Of a DNA stretch of 64,000 bases, positions 38,467 through 49,700 are shown piece after piece (position 1 is the first letter of the stretch; every line of letters starts with the position of its first letter). Source of the stretch: Camelus ferus (lineage: Eukaryota); NCBI RefSeq assembly GCF_009834535.1, contig NC_045697.1, forward strand, positions 67,582,001 through 67,646,000, given 5' to 3'. Both the position numbers and the translations under genes were made by a program. The notes beneath the pieces are model-generated. The model was not told the origin of the DNA. It worked only from the letters and a program-made list of their open reading frames with translations, and made no database searches.

Positions 38467-40146
38467 TGTATTTCTATGCAAGAAGACACATACACACACA
38501 CATACATAAGCATGTGTGCTCACAATTGTTTCTATGCTACCTTCACCACCATTTACTAATGTAATACTTCTGAGTGTTTTGAGTCTTCTACTTGTATAAA
38601 AGATTGTATGCTTCAATCTACCAGTCTTCCAATCTGCTGAACAAAATGAAAAGACCTTGGAAATTTTTTTTCTCTGGTGAGGTAATGGTGCTTTTTGAAT
38701 ACTGCATGGCAGCTGTAGACATGTTTATGTCTGAATAATACTTTATCACATGCATTTTTGAGGTGGGGCAGTGTGAAAAAAAGGCAAATAAGTGATGCAT
38801 GACTCCTTCTCTGAAAAAGGTCATGGTCTGTTGAAGAAATACAAACAGATACCTTAAAATACAAAACGACAAGTGCATTTGGTAACTGCTTTCAGTTATC
38901 ATGAAGAACCATTAGTAATACTGATGGAGCATTCACTAACTGCATTGCACTACAAGGAGCAATACTTTCTATGTAAAGAGATATAGGACAAATAACACAC
39001 AACTAGATACCAAGTATGTATGCATTATTTATATACACACACACACACATATATATGATATTCATGCATCAGACTCAGAATTGTGTGTAAACAATCCAAC
39101 ACAGTTAAGCAAAGTTAAACAGATTCCTTTGTTGTAAAATTTCTCAGAGTTGCTAATATACTAATTTATACCATGTAACTTTGAAAGGAGGATTTAGTTA
39201 AAAGTAGTTCACCTTTTTCTTTTTTTGTAGAACTATGAGGCTTTTGTTCCATAGACCAGCAGAACCCCAAGGGGCTATGAAAGAAGTTTCAATCCGTTGT
39301 CTCCTCAGAAAATGTTCCCAAATTCAATATTTTTAATGTAACAGTATTCATTGTAACACACTTTATAAAATTCAGTCCATTTATTAAAAATGTAGAATAG
39401 TATTGTGCCTTAATTTTGAAAAATTTAAAATGTTGAATGTTTATACAAGCTTTTCTCTTTTGAAATTTATTTACAAATTTCTAACTCTAAAGCTTCAAAC
39501 CCATGAGAGCTCAAGTAATATAAATTCAGAATATATTAACTATCTTTTAGGGAGAATCAATTTTTCTCTCATAATAAACAACAGTAAGCAAAATAGAAGT
39601 TATGAACAGAAGTTATGTACAAAGTAAATTTTTTAAATTGTGGTTTAAATATTGTTACATTGCATCATTGTAATTCTTCCTTTAAGGACTGTCAAAAAGG
39701 AAATATTTTAATTACATTAGGAGCATTCTTCTATGCAACATACCTTAAAGGTAGGACATAAAAATGTCCCAGATATTTGCATTTTCTTAAAATTTTTGAA
39801 GTTTGAAATTAAGTTGGCAAATATATATTTTTCTTCTCTGATCTGGAGTAATTTCTTTAAGTTAATTACCTTTTTATTTTAGAGTCTATGAGCCATTCAG
39901 TCTCACCCAATTTATATTTTAATTATACTTTTAATTTTAATTATACTTACATATGAAAATATACCTATGGGAAAAATTACTGAATAGCCCAAATTTTGAA
40001 TTATTAAACTCAAATATTTCAAGGCCAACTTTGAAAAGTAAGTATCAGTGAAAGGTTTACATATCATCAGCAAAACTAAGCAATTTACTCTGATAGATCC
40101 AGTCACTGCTAAGACTGAATCATAAATTGCCAACACTCCCCTAGAC

Positions 40147-40370
40147 TAGAGTTTCTCAAGTGGTGTGGATTTTGCTCCCTAGGAAACAAGTGGCAATATG
40201 TGGAAGCATCTTGGGTTATCACAACTGGACTGCTAGGGGAGGGGTGCTATTGGCATCTACTAGATTGAGGCCAGGTATGCTGTTAAACATCCTGCAATGT
40301 ACATGACAGATCCCAGGAACAAAGAATACACTGGCTTAAATGTCAGTAATGCCAAGATTGAGAAACTCTG
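40147..40370 (+). mobile_element. MER20-like hAT-Charlie MITE
   Basis: TIRs tagagtttctcaa / ttgagaaactctg; 8-bp TSD ccctagac / ccatagac; internal ggtgctattggcatctactagattgaggccaggtatgctgttaaacatcctgcaatg. Confidence 0.92.
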
Positions 40371-40389
40371 CCATAGACAATGCGAGCTG

Positions 40390-41010
40390 GATATATTGCA
40401 GGCTTCTCAATGCACAACTAGAAGCAAGCTCATTTTCTTCCCAAAATAAACTCTACACTACCTGTTTCTATAGTACTCTCATCATCCATTAAGATTTAAA
40501 ACTATAGAGTCAATCATTAGACCTACCTCTTTGTTTCTCTAAATAGAAACCCCTGTGAGATCAGATTCAACCACCACAACAGCTCTCATACGCATCCTTC
40601 ATTCTCCCCTTCAGAGAATCACTGCATGCCATGGATTATGCAAAACTTTTCTGATAGCTTCTGACCATGCCTGCTAGCTAGTGCTGCCGCTTTTTTTTTT
40701 TTTCCTGCTTCATATTTATGCCTAGGAAATCTTCCTAAAATACCATGAAGATTATGTCACTCATCTACTTATGACTGTCCAATAGTTAGGCATTGTCTAA
40801 ATTATAAAACGATGAAACCTTGATTTTTAATATCCTCTCCCCTCTCCAGTATTAACTTTGGTCACTTCTTCATTTGTAATATTCACTTCAGACTAAATAG
40901 GCTATATAAACCACTGTACTTCCAATGTAATTTTGCTCCACTTTGATATCTATTCCATTCATAATTTCCATCTAGCAAGATTTACCCACCATTCAAAGGC
41001 CATCATCCAA
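40390..41010 (+). mobile_element. L2 fragment, degenerate
   Basis: ctcaatgcacaactagaagcaagctcattttcttcccaaaa...gccatggattatgcaaaac...gattatgtcactcatctactta. Confidence 0.55.
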
Positions 41011-41027
41011 TCAACATGGATGGAATC

Positions 41028-41348
41028 ACTGTTGTTTACCAGTGATTACATAAAAGGACATAGAAATTTCTCTTACCAAAACACAGTAGTAGAAACTAAA
41101 GTTATCTAATGATAGATTTTTAGGTCTAGTTTCTCAAAGCTAAGGAAAATAAGAAAGATTTCAACTTTACCAGAGTCATTTTCAGTATCAACCACCCCCC
41201 ACAAAAGAACATGACCAATCCTATAGTCTTTACTCCAAAAGAGAAAAATCTCTTAAAATACTTAGATACACGAATAGGAAGTCATTTTATTGACTTTCAT
41301 TTTTTAAAAAAATTTAATGAAATATTCAATCAACAATATGAAATGTTC
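41028..41348 (+). repeat. Local duplication, copy 2 (paralog of 37811-38166)
   Basis: Same ordered blocks as copy 1. Confidence 0.9.
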
Positions 41349-41828
41349 ATCTAGAAAACAAAAAGTAGTATATTCACTGGTAATGGACTTAAAAATTAAT
41401 GAACGTATTACTGCAATATCTATAAACATGTATAAACGTTTTTATTCAGGTTTCAAACTGTTACATTTGAAGCTGATGCTAACAGTAATTAATTGCTTTT
41501 AGAACACCGACTTTTGTATTCATCAGTACCATGTTTTTGCATTTGCAGTTTTCATATTACTTTATTTGCAGTTTCTATTTATTTCTGTAAACACGTATTT
41601 CAAGTAGTAGGTGGAAATTAAGGCAGCCAGATGGCTCAATGAACTAAGTGAAAGAATGGAAACTCAGAGACACAATTTCCTTGCTCTGTCTCTCTTCCAC
41701 ATAACCTCAAGTATAGAAGAATGGTCTTTGTTTTAGGTTCCTGTCAGGTAGCTGTTCTAAGCACAGGGTTTCTCTACGAATCAAGGCAGCTATTTAATAT
41801 TATAGATAAAAATTGTGTTCTATCTATA

Positions 41829-41976
41829 TTTTATTTATTTATTTATTTACTTTTGTTGTGGGGGAAGTGATTAGTTTAACTCATTTATTTATTTTTAGAG
41901 GAGCTACTGAGGATTGAACGCAGGACCTTGTGTATGCTAAGCATGTGCTCTATCACTTGAGCTATACCCTCCCCCC
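41829..41976 (-). mobile_element. tRNA-derived SINE, camelid Vic-type
   Basis: Reverse complement reads ggggggagggtatagctcaagtgatagagcacatgcttagcatacacaaggtcctgcgttcaatcctcagtagctcc, with A box (tagctcaagtg) and B box (gttcaatcc), followed by an aaactaatcacttccccc body and an (aaat)n tail. Confidence 0.85.
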
Positions 41977-42324
41977 TATGTATTTTAAAGAGAGTAAGCA
42001 TGAGTCATAGAGCTACAAGTAGATGGCCCCGCACCATCACTAACATCATGTAAACACCTCTATTTGTGCGATTACAAGTTTTCCATTCAGTTTGGGGAAA
42101 AAAAAATATAAACTTGCACAGGTGCAGAAGCAGTTGGTAGCACCAGGTTGCAAATTAGCAGGCCAAAAAGGGCAGGACCAAGAAAGTATAAACATGGATT
42201 TCTCAGAAGCAGTTTCCATCCAGGAGTAATGAGAACAGACAGAGAAAGAGGCAGTTTCCATGACAGATTGCATGCAAAGCTACAAAAGGCTATCATTACC
42301 CTTGAGATACACAGAATGTCTTTA

Positions 42325-42520
42325 AAGTTCAAGGCTAGGACTTTAATCCTACTTCAGTGCACAATTATAGGAAGGACTTTTACATTTTCTGGGCTTCTGT
42401 TTCTTCTTCTCCAAAACAGTTAAAAGAATACATGATTCAGAGGATTGGTGTGAGGTTTCAGTGAGGTAAACACACTTGATGCGGCTGGTATATACATTCA
42501 CAGAATATCAGCTCAGTGGA
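42325..42520 (+). mobile_element. MIR SINE, degenerate
   Basis: tttctgggcttctgtttcttcttctccaaaacag...agaggattggtgtgaggtttcagtgaggtaa. Confidence 0.55.
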
Positions 42521-42559
42521 TATACTTATGTGCTGGATAGTGTGATTGGTGATGGAACA

Positions 42560-42925
42560 CAGTGTTGAATATCTCCCCTCTTACTCTTTAGTAGAATAAT
42601 TCCTGGGTTTTAGCTGGGCTTATATCCTCCACCAAGAAAGATAGCCTTTCTTTGTCTCTTGCTCCTCCTGCTAATGGGAACGTGAACATAATAGCGGGAG
42701 CTCAGGTAGCCACGGTGGGACCTTTAAGCGTATTATATGTACTGAGAATGGCAAGGCAACAAGACGAAAAGAGCCTTGGTCCCTGCAGCCTTTGTGCAGC
42801 CATTGTAGCGGTCGCAGACTAGTATTACATGAGAGCATTCTAAAACACGGGAGAGAAACATACTACCATTCTTAAGTATCCTGTGTTTTCTCTCACTGTT
42901 GCTAAAGCCCACCTTACCCAACGCT
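42560..42925 (+). mobile_element. Old MaLR LTR (MLT1J-like)
   Basis: gggttttagctgggc...ggagctcaggtagccac...gaatggcaaggcaacaagacgaaaagagccttggtccctg...cagccattgtagc. Confidence 0.7.
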
Positions 42926-44129
42926 GTGAACCAGACAGAAACACTTCCTGTCCTCTTGGAGCACATCTGGTGAAGAAAAAAGGGAACAGAATTATTCATC
43001 TGGTCTATTTCTAGAGTCCACATTCCTGTACAGGCTGAAGACCTGTATTCAATCCTATGCTGATGGTTAACAAGACATTTTCCAGGACCCAGTATAAGAA
43101 AGATCCTTTGAATCCAAACTTTTCAGAATAGAATTCTGAGAGTTTCACAAGAGGTTAGTCTCAGGCACCACAAAACATAACTCTCTGCTGCCTCCCTTGG
43201 GTCTCTGAGTCAGTGAATTTTTGCAGCTCATCCTACAGAATGTCAAGGCTGTCTACTCAATGTAATAACAGTACACAGTATTCAAGGACTGGTGGTACCT
43301 GAAGCTGTGAAAAGTAGTTTTGGATCAAACTGTGAAATGCTGTGTATTTTTTAAGTTTAAACAGTAGGAATAGAAAGAGTAGAAATTAGTATGTTGATAA
43401 GTGATACAGTCAGAACGTTTTATTAACTAAGCACAGATGCTGTGAAATGGGAAGGCAGTGGAGTTGCAGGAAGCAAAGAAACAGGCGGTTACAGTGTCTC
43501 CTCAGTGCCACTCTTGGTGGGGCTCTTTCCCTTGATATTCTAAGTGTTAACCACGAAAGTCAACTTCTAGAAGAAAATAATTATATGAAAAGTAATAACC
43601 CACTTTGCAGATAGTCATTATAGTTCATTCCAAGAAGGAAAACACCTAATAAGTGTTGTAATAAGTCCGAGATGGGTTGTTCCTTCGAAACATAAAAAAC
43701 ATACCAAGTAAACACAAACTGGTAATCTTTCAATATGGAAAGAGAAATGATAAAAGCAGACTACTAGAAACTGAAGAAAGAGAAAGCTATCACTGAACGT
43801 CTCTCTCAGAGCTCATATTGAAAGCTTTAAAAGAGACACAAGCTTCATAGGACATGGGTGAGGTATTTATGTGCTCAAATTTTAAGCAGTCAACTTCATG
43901 ATACAGATGATGGACTCCTAAGCCCAGCCATCAAAGGAATCCATGTCTTCATTTAGAAAAGAACAAATTCTCCAAAAAGTCTTTCTGAACATTGATATTA
44001 TACTCTGTGGACCTAGAAAAAAAAATGTTATCACTAATACTCTCTTTTTAAAAATGTCTAAAACGATGATGGAGGTAGGAACCTAGATATTAAAAATATA
44101 ACAGCAACAACAAAGAGCTATTGAAAGTA

Positions 44130-44545
44130 AGATTTCCAGAATACTTGCTTCTCAACCTGATTCTGTGCTGCTTTTTCCCTCACTTGACTCTTCTCCATCC
44201 AGTCTTTCAATTCCTCAAACCTACAAAGCTCTTTCAAAGCTTTGCACAGGCTGTTCACTTTGCCCAGAATGGCTCTTCATCTGTTTCTTTCCTCTGTTGC
44301 ACCATCTCTTCACTGGAGCATTAACTCAGCTGCTTAGCATTAGCTCATCTCCTCCCCTTTGTTTCTCTATTCTCCTATTTTCCTTTATTGCCCATCTTTG
44401 ATTTTCTTCCCTCCTCACAGAACATAATATTCTGTGTGTTGTCCTCTCTCCACTTGATTTTCTACTTCTCTCAGCACGGCATAGTCAGCACCTGCAGAGA
44501 GTAGCTTCCTGATGATATTGGTTGAACAAGTGAGTAAATAAAACT
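44130..44545 (+). mobile_element. L2 3' end
   Basis: tctttcaattcctcaaacctacaaagctc...gctttgcacaggctgttcactttgcccagaatggctc...gttgaacaagtgagtaaat. Confidence 0.7.
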
Positions 44546-44797
44546 CACTGCATTTTCTCCTTGCTTAGCTTGCCTGAAAATATATTTTCTAGACTACAAA
44601 ACCATTTAGTATATAGTCATGAAAAGTACTTGTAAAACAAAATATTAATTGTATTGGAAGACTTTGTCGTTATGATGATTCTAAGGTGTATATGCAGCAG
44701 TCAGTATCTTTTTTCTTTTTTGAAGAAATGAATAATACAACAGTTTTTTTTCCTAAAATAATGAAAAAATGTAAAATTTATTTCCAAAAAGAAAGTA

Positions 44798-44996
44798 TAG
44801 TTTACTCTTGAACAACACATGTTTGAACTGTGTGGGTCCACCTATATGCAAATATATTTCAATAGTAAATGCTACAGTACCACATGGTCTATGGTTGGAA
44901 TTTGCAGATGCAAACTGCAGATACATATGGAGGGTTGCCCATAAATTAGATTCCAATTACACCCCCCAAACCCCCTCACTGTTCAAAGGTCAACTG
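44798..44996 (+). mobile_element. Tigger2-like TcMar MITE
   Basis: TIRs tagtttactcttgaacaac / tgttcaaaggtcaactg flanked by TA dinucleotides; internal gtttgaactgtgtgggtccacctatatgc. Confidence 0.88.
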
Positions 44997-46634
44997 TATT
45001 CTCTTTAAGGAATGCCTACAAAGCAGTCTGTTTACAATTTGACTTCTAAATACTGATGAGTGAGATAATATTCTGAGAATAATTTTCTATCAAAGTGCAT
45101 TTGGTATGTTCACTCTAAAGATCAAGTGATTTTTATGCAAGTTAAATAACTATTTCTAGTAATTTAGCTAGTAAAGTCAGATTCAAAGAAAATGTTTGTG
45201 GCTGATAAATGTTATTAGAGAAATTAAAATGAGCATATAACATTCCTAGTTTTTCTTTAATGTTAAAAGTTGCTATAGGTGAAAAATTATTTTAAAACTA
45301 AATACATGGTGATCAATATAAATAAATAAGTTGGAAATGTATTAAAAAATTTCTTTCTTGGGGAGATCCTCTTATAATTGTATCATCTAAAATTCCACAG
45401 AATTCTTTAAATCAGGATAATGGAATCATCTAGAGAATGAGATGTTTCAAGAAATTACTACATTTCCAGAAACATTTGAGTAATGCCCTGTCATGTTCCT
45501 TTCTCTTTAAAGATGGTGATTCCTGCTAAGTGCGTGACTGAAAAGAAAGAGGGAAATTTTGTACCACAGGGTCTTTGGGAAGCACTAAGTCCTCTGGCAT
45601 ACTCAACAACATGCTTTGTTTTGAAGATAATGAGGACATTACAAGCTGTTTGGGTCTTTTGTCTAAAGATTCCCACCAGAGGCTCTTTTCAGCCACTGTG
45701 GTTTTCAGTGCCTGATTCCTGCAGAGCCCAAGTCTGGTTCTGCTGTGGCGTCAGCTGTTACTCATGCTTGTTGGGGCCCGTGTACCTTTCGTGGGAACAT
45801 ACTCAAGGCTGTGAGAAATCCACTCGCTTTAGGTGCTCTCCCCTGGCGGCATAGTTTTGATCATCTTTTCAAACTGAGATTCTTCCTTTTGCAATTCTGA
45901 GCACAGTGACATATGCTAACTTGTCTTGCCCTGACCTGAACAGGAGTGAAACACAACTAATAACTGGCATATGGTAAGGGTATGAGACAACATTAAGTGA
46001 ATAGCATGAGATATAATTACACTTTTTAAATTTTCAGAAGGAAAATAATGTTCCATCAGGAAAATTATAAGAGTGTTTTGATTGAGGTGACAAAGTTTAG
46101 TCTTAAATAATGTACCATAATGGGCAACTGGCTTGAACAAGGAATTCCTTTTTCTTAAACATGTCACTGCCCTGCAATTAGAACAAGATGATATATCAGA
46201 GGGGAAACATTTCAGTGACATTGCCCTACCTATTGTAAATTTGTCCAGCGGAGTTTATGACTTGATGAGCACAGATAAGAGCCAAGAGAATTTTTTGAAG
46301 AACTGCTGAAGAATACAGAAGAAAATTACCTGAATTCTGAGCCTAAAGTCTGGAAAATAATCAGAAAGAACCATACTATGGCTACAAAAATAGAAATAAT
46401 TTGGTATAGAATATAGGAATGGAATGGTCAATTAAATACTATATAGGATTTTCAAAGAAGACAGAGAAAATTAATGAAAAATTATTTTCTTGATGTATGA
46501 GTGTATAAAAGCTCAGCTAAAATGAACGACTGTAAGAATTAACTGAACATCTTCTAGGAGGCTCAAATTATTAAATATACATGGAAGAAGGGATATGGGA
46601 TTATTTTGACAATATAGCTTTAAATCTTTCATTA

Positions 46635-46785
46635 AAAAAAAAACTTAATACATAGGAAAAAGTTGAGCAAATAGTATAATAAACTTGCTTGTACCCATCA
46701 TCTAGGTTCAAACATTATTAATACTTGGCCAATCTTATTTCATCTACACCACTTCCACCTACTTGTCCCCATATACTTTTTGACT
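46635..46785 (-). mobile_element. Old L1 (L1ME-like) 3' end fragment
   Basis: tacataggaaaaagttgagcaaatagtataataaac...gtacccatcatctaggttcaaacattattaatacttggccaatcttatttcatcta. Confidence 0.7.
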
Positions 46786-49700
46786 TTTTAAAATCAGGAC
46801 AATATGACTCCAGTAACTACAGTTTCATTTGATTCTTGTCTTCTTCACAAAGGACAAGTTAAGTTCACTCAATACTTAAAAGATTTGACATTGGGAAAAT
46901 TTCAGTATTAAAATAATGTCTTTTAAATGACTTTAAATGAATAGTAATAAATAAAGGCATAATTATTTTCTTAAAATAACTTAATGGTCTAGCTTCTGCT
47001 TTGTGAAGTTTGTGAGCTTTTCTATTCTAATTTGAAGCTTATATGTTGGATAGCCCTTACTCTTACAAGCTTTCTGAGAAATCCTTAATGGGGTTATTCA
47101 TGTATATTTTAAGTCTAGGGAAAAGAAATGACCCAATTTCAAGTCCCAACTTTCAATCTCAAATTGCACAAAAGATTTCTAATATTCCCAGCATTTAGTA
47201 AGTTGGACAAAAGATAAAGAGAAATTCTACATGCCAGAAAGAGGTCTTAATAAAAAAACATGTTGACTGTTTGATTTAAATAAATTAATAAATCCATTAT
47301 GCTATTCCAACCTCATTATTCTCGTGATCTACACAGTGATAGAATATATATTTGCTGAAGACTGTGGATGAGTCAGCAAAAGAAAAAAGAAAAAAAAAAC
47401 GAAACACATGTTAAGCCATTAGCCAGTCACTTTGGCTTAGCTTATTAACATGAGAATTGTTTCTGACCAGGAAAAAAAAAATTGAATCTCATTGTTTATT
47501 CAAGATATTACTTGATTCTCTATGAGAAGCTCCAGGAATAGCCATAGAAATCGTTCTTGGTTCTGTTTGACTTGAGCTAATTTTATACCAGGAATGGATT
47601 TATATGGAAGGAGAAGAGAAAACACTGGCCTGAACTTTATAGTGATGCTGGACATGTTTTACTTACATAGCTGGGTAGATAAAAATCATCTTGCAAAAAC
47701 ACAAATGCTCATTGTGATAGATTTTTTTCAGTAACATATATGAAAAACACATTAGCATGATTCTATTCAATGACAAGTGAAATTTTGCAATATGTAAACG
47801 TTATACTTAACTTGCCATATAGAGCATTATAACCGCCCTGCTGTTTTACAAGGAACTTTACAAAAAACAATTGCTTATTTTATAGTGAATATTAGAAATT
47901 ACAATTGCATCAGCTTAAATGCCTTAAAAATAAAAATACTAATATGGTATATAGTGGTTTCAAAACCAAAGCATCATTTATTTCCTATGGCACTCATAAG
48001 AACAGGAGAGGCTGCGGAAGGGAAAATCCGCTCAGAAGGTTAGCCAAGGAGAAACTTCACGTGGATTAGGCTTCAGGTACAGATTGCAAATGGGATTTAT
48101 ACTGAAGAAATGAGAAGCAAAACACGTCTGAAGGCCCTGGGAAGGTGGTGTTTACCCTTTCCTGCAGATGGCATCATCTGTAGCTTTGGGCTTTGGAGGA
48201 AAATAAATGTCTTAGTTTAATTTCAATAGTATGCTAAAGAGAAATTAGTAGAGTGGAAGAAAGGAGAAAATTGGGAGAAGATGAGGCTGCAAGAACAGAA
48301 AGAGAAAGAAAAGGATGAGTATGAAGAAGGATCGAGGGAAAGGAGCTGGAAGAGGAGACTTCTGACTGTGGCACTAACTAGCTTTCTGACTTTGGATGCA
48401 TTATTTATTTTATCCATACCAAAATATCTTTGTCGCCAAAAACAAAGTCAAATGGCTGCCTCCCAATAGCTCTATTATTAAATTAGACCATTTGTGTAAA
48501 GTATCTCTCCAAGGTAGGTTGCCAATAAATATAACTGATTATTATATACATATCTCAATATCAAATATCCGAATATCCAAACACTTTTGATTTTTTAAAC
48601 AGTAACTTTAGAATTCACTAATGAGCCATTAGAGAAATCAGTTTCATTAATTTATAATAAAAATTCATGATTATTAATTGTGTTTATGACATAGAGTAAC
48701 TTCATGATTTTGAACTTTTAACTGTAGATAGTTTCATGTGATGATTATACGTAAAACTCCCAAATAATTTGGCATCTGATTCTTTGGATATTTACTCTTT
48801 ATTTTAATTTGAGAATTTATACATGCTCCTAGGATAGAATTCCTTAAGCAAGGAATTTCCTTTCTACAAACATAGTTTTTAAGCCGTTGGTGTACTACTA
48901 GGGAATGACATAAAAATGTCCCTTTTTTTTTTGTCAATTGATTCTGGATCTCCAAATATCATAATCCGTATAGTTTCTTAACCATGACTACTTTAACCTT
49001 GCCTAATTCTGAAGTGAAGATGAGGGAAATGCTTCCTTCCCCATTTAACCTGCATTCAGATAACACAACTGGAGGGCTCAGTTGCTATGGTGAGCACCAC
49101 ACTAGAAGTACCTATACAGGAAGTACAGTATAAGATCACCTAGCCTCTCATCAGAATAATGAAAACCTCTCAGAACCAGCAAGTACTTTAGTGAGCAGGC
49201 TATGAGAACAATGCCAATAGTAAAAATGTATTTAAGATTTTTCTCTGTGAATCTCTGGATTCATTGCAGTTTCTAGGTCTTCAAGGGAGAAGAGTTGTTT
49301 AAACAATAGTTCTTTGTTTTACAGTCTTAGGTGTTTTGTTTTCTTAGTTTCTGACTGTGCTTTGGACGCTTATTTGAGCAAACAACACAGTAGCTGGAGA
49401 GGAATGGTCTTTGAGCTAGCTTAGTTTTAATAGTTTTGCTCTCTCAAGTGCTTAAGCCATTCCGACTGGCTCTTGTGAGTTCTTGGCAATGGTTTAGTTT
49501 GCTGTTTGAGTCTTCAGTGCCGCGGCTGCCTGTTTATAGGGGCCGCATGGCTGATTTTGGTTACTCTGGCCTGGGAGCATTGCCATGTGCAGGCAAGAAA
49601 GGCTGTTTATGTGGTCTAATGTTGCCAGCTCATCCTGTGAACATCTATTTAAAACAAAAATGCACCAAGATGTAAAAGTGCACATGAGATGGGGAGCAGG

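Noticed and set aside
41900..41976. tRNA gene
   Set aside because: The tRNA-like head continues into a SINE body and an A-rich tail, so it is a SINE.
48281..48469. Glu/Lys-rich ORF
   Set aside because: Purine-rich low-complexity sequence with no supporting gene structure.
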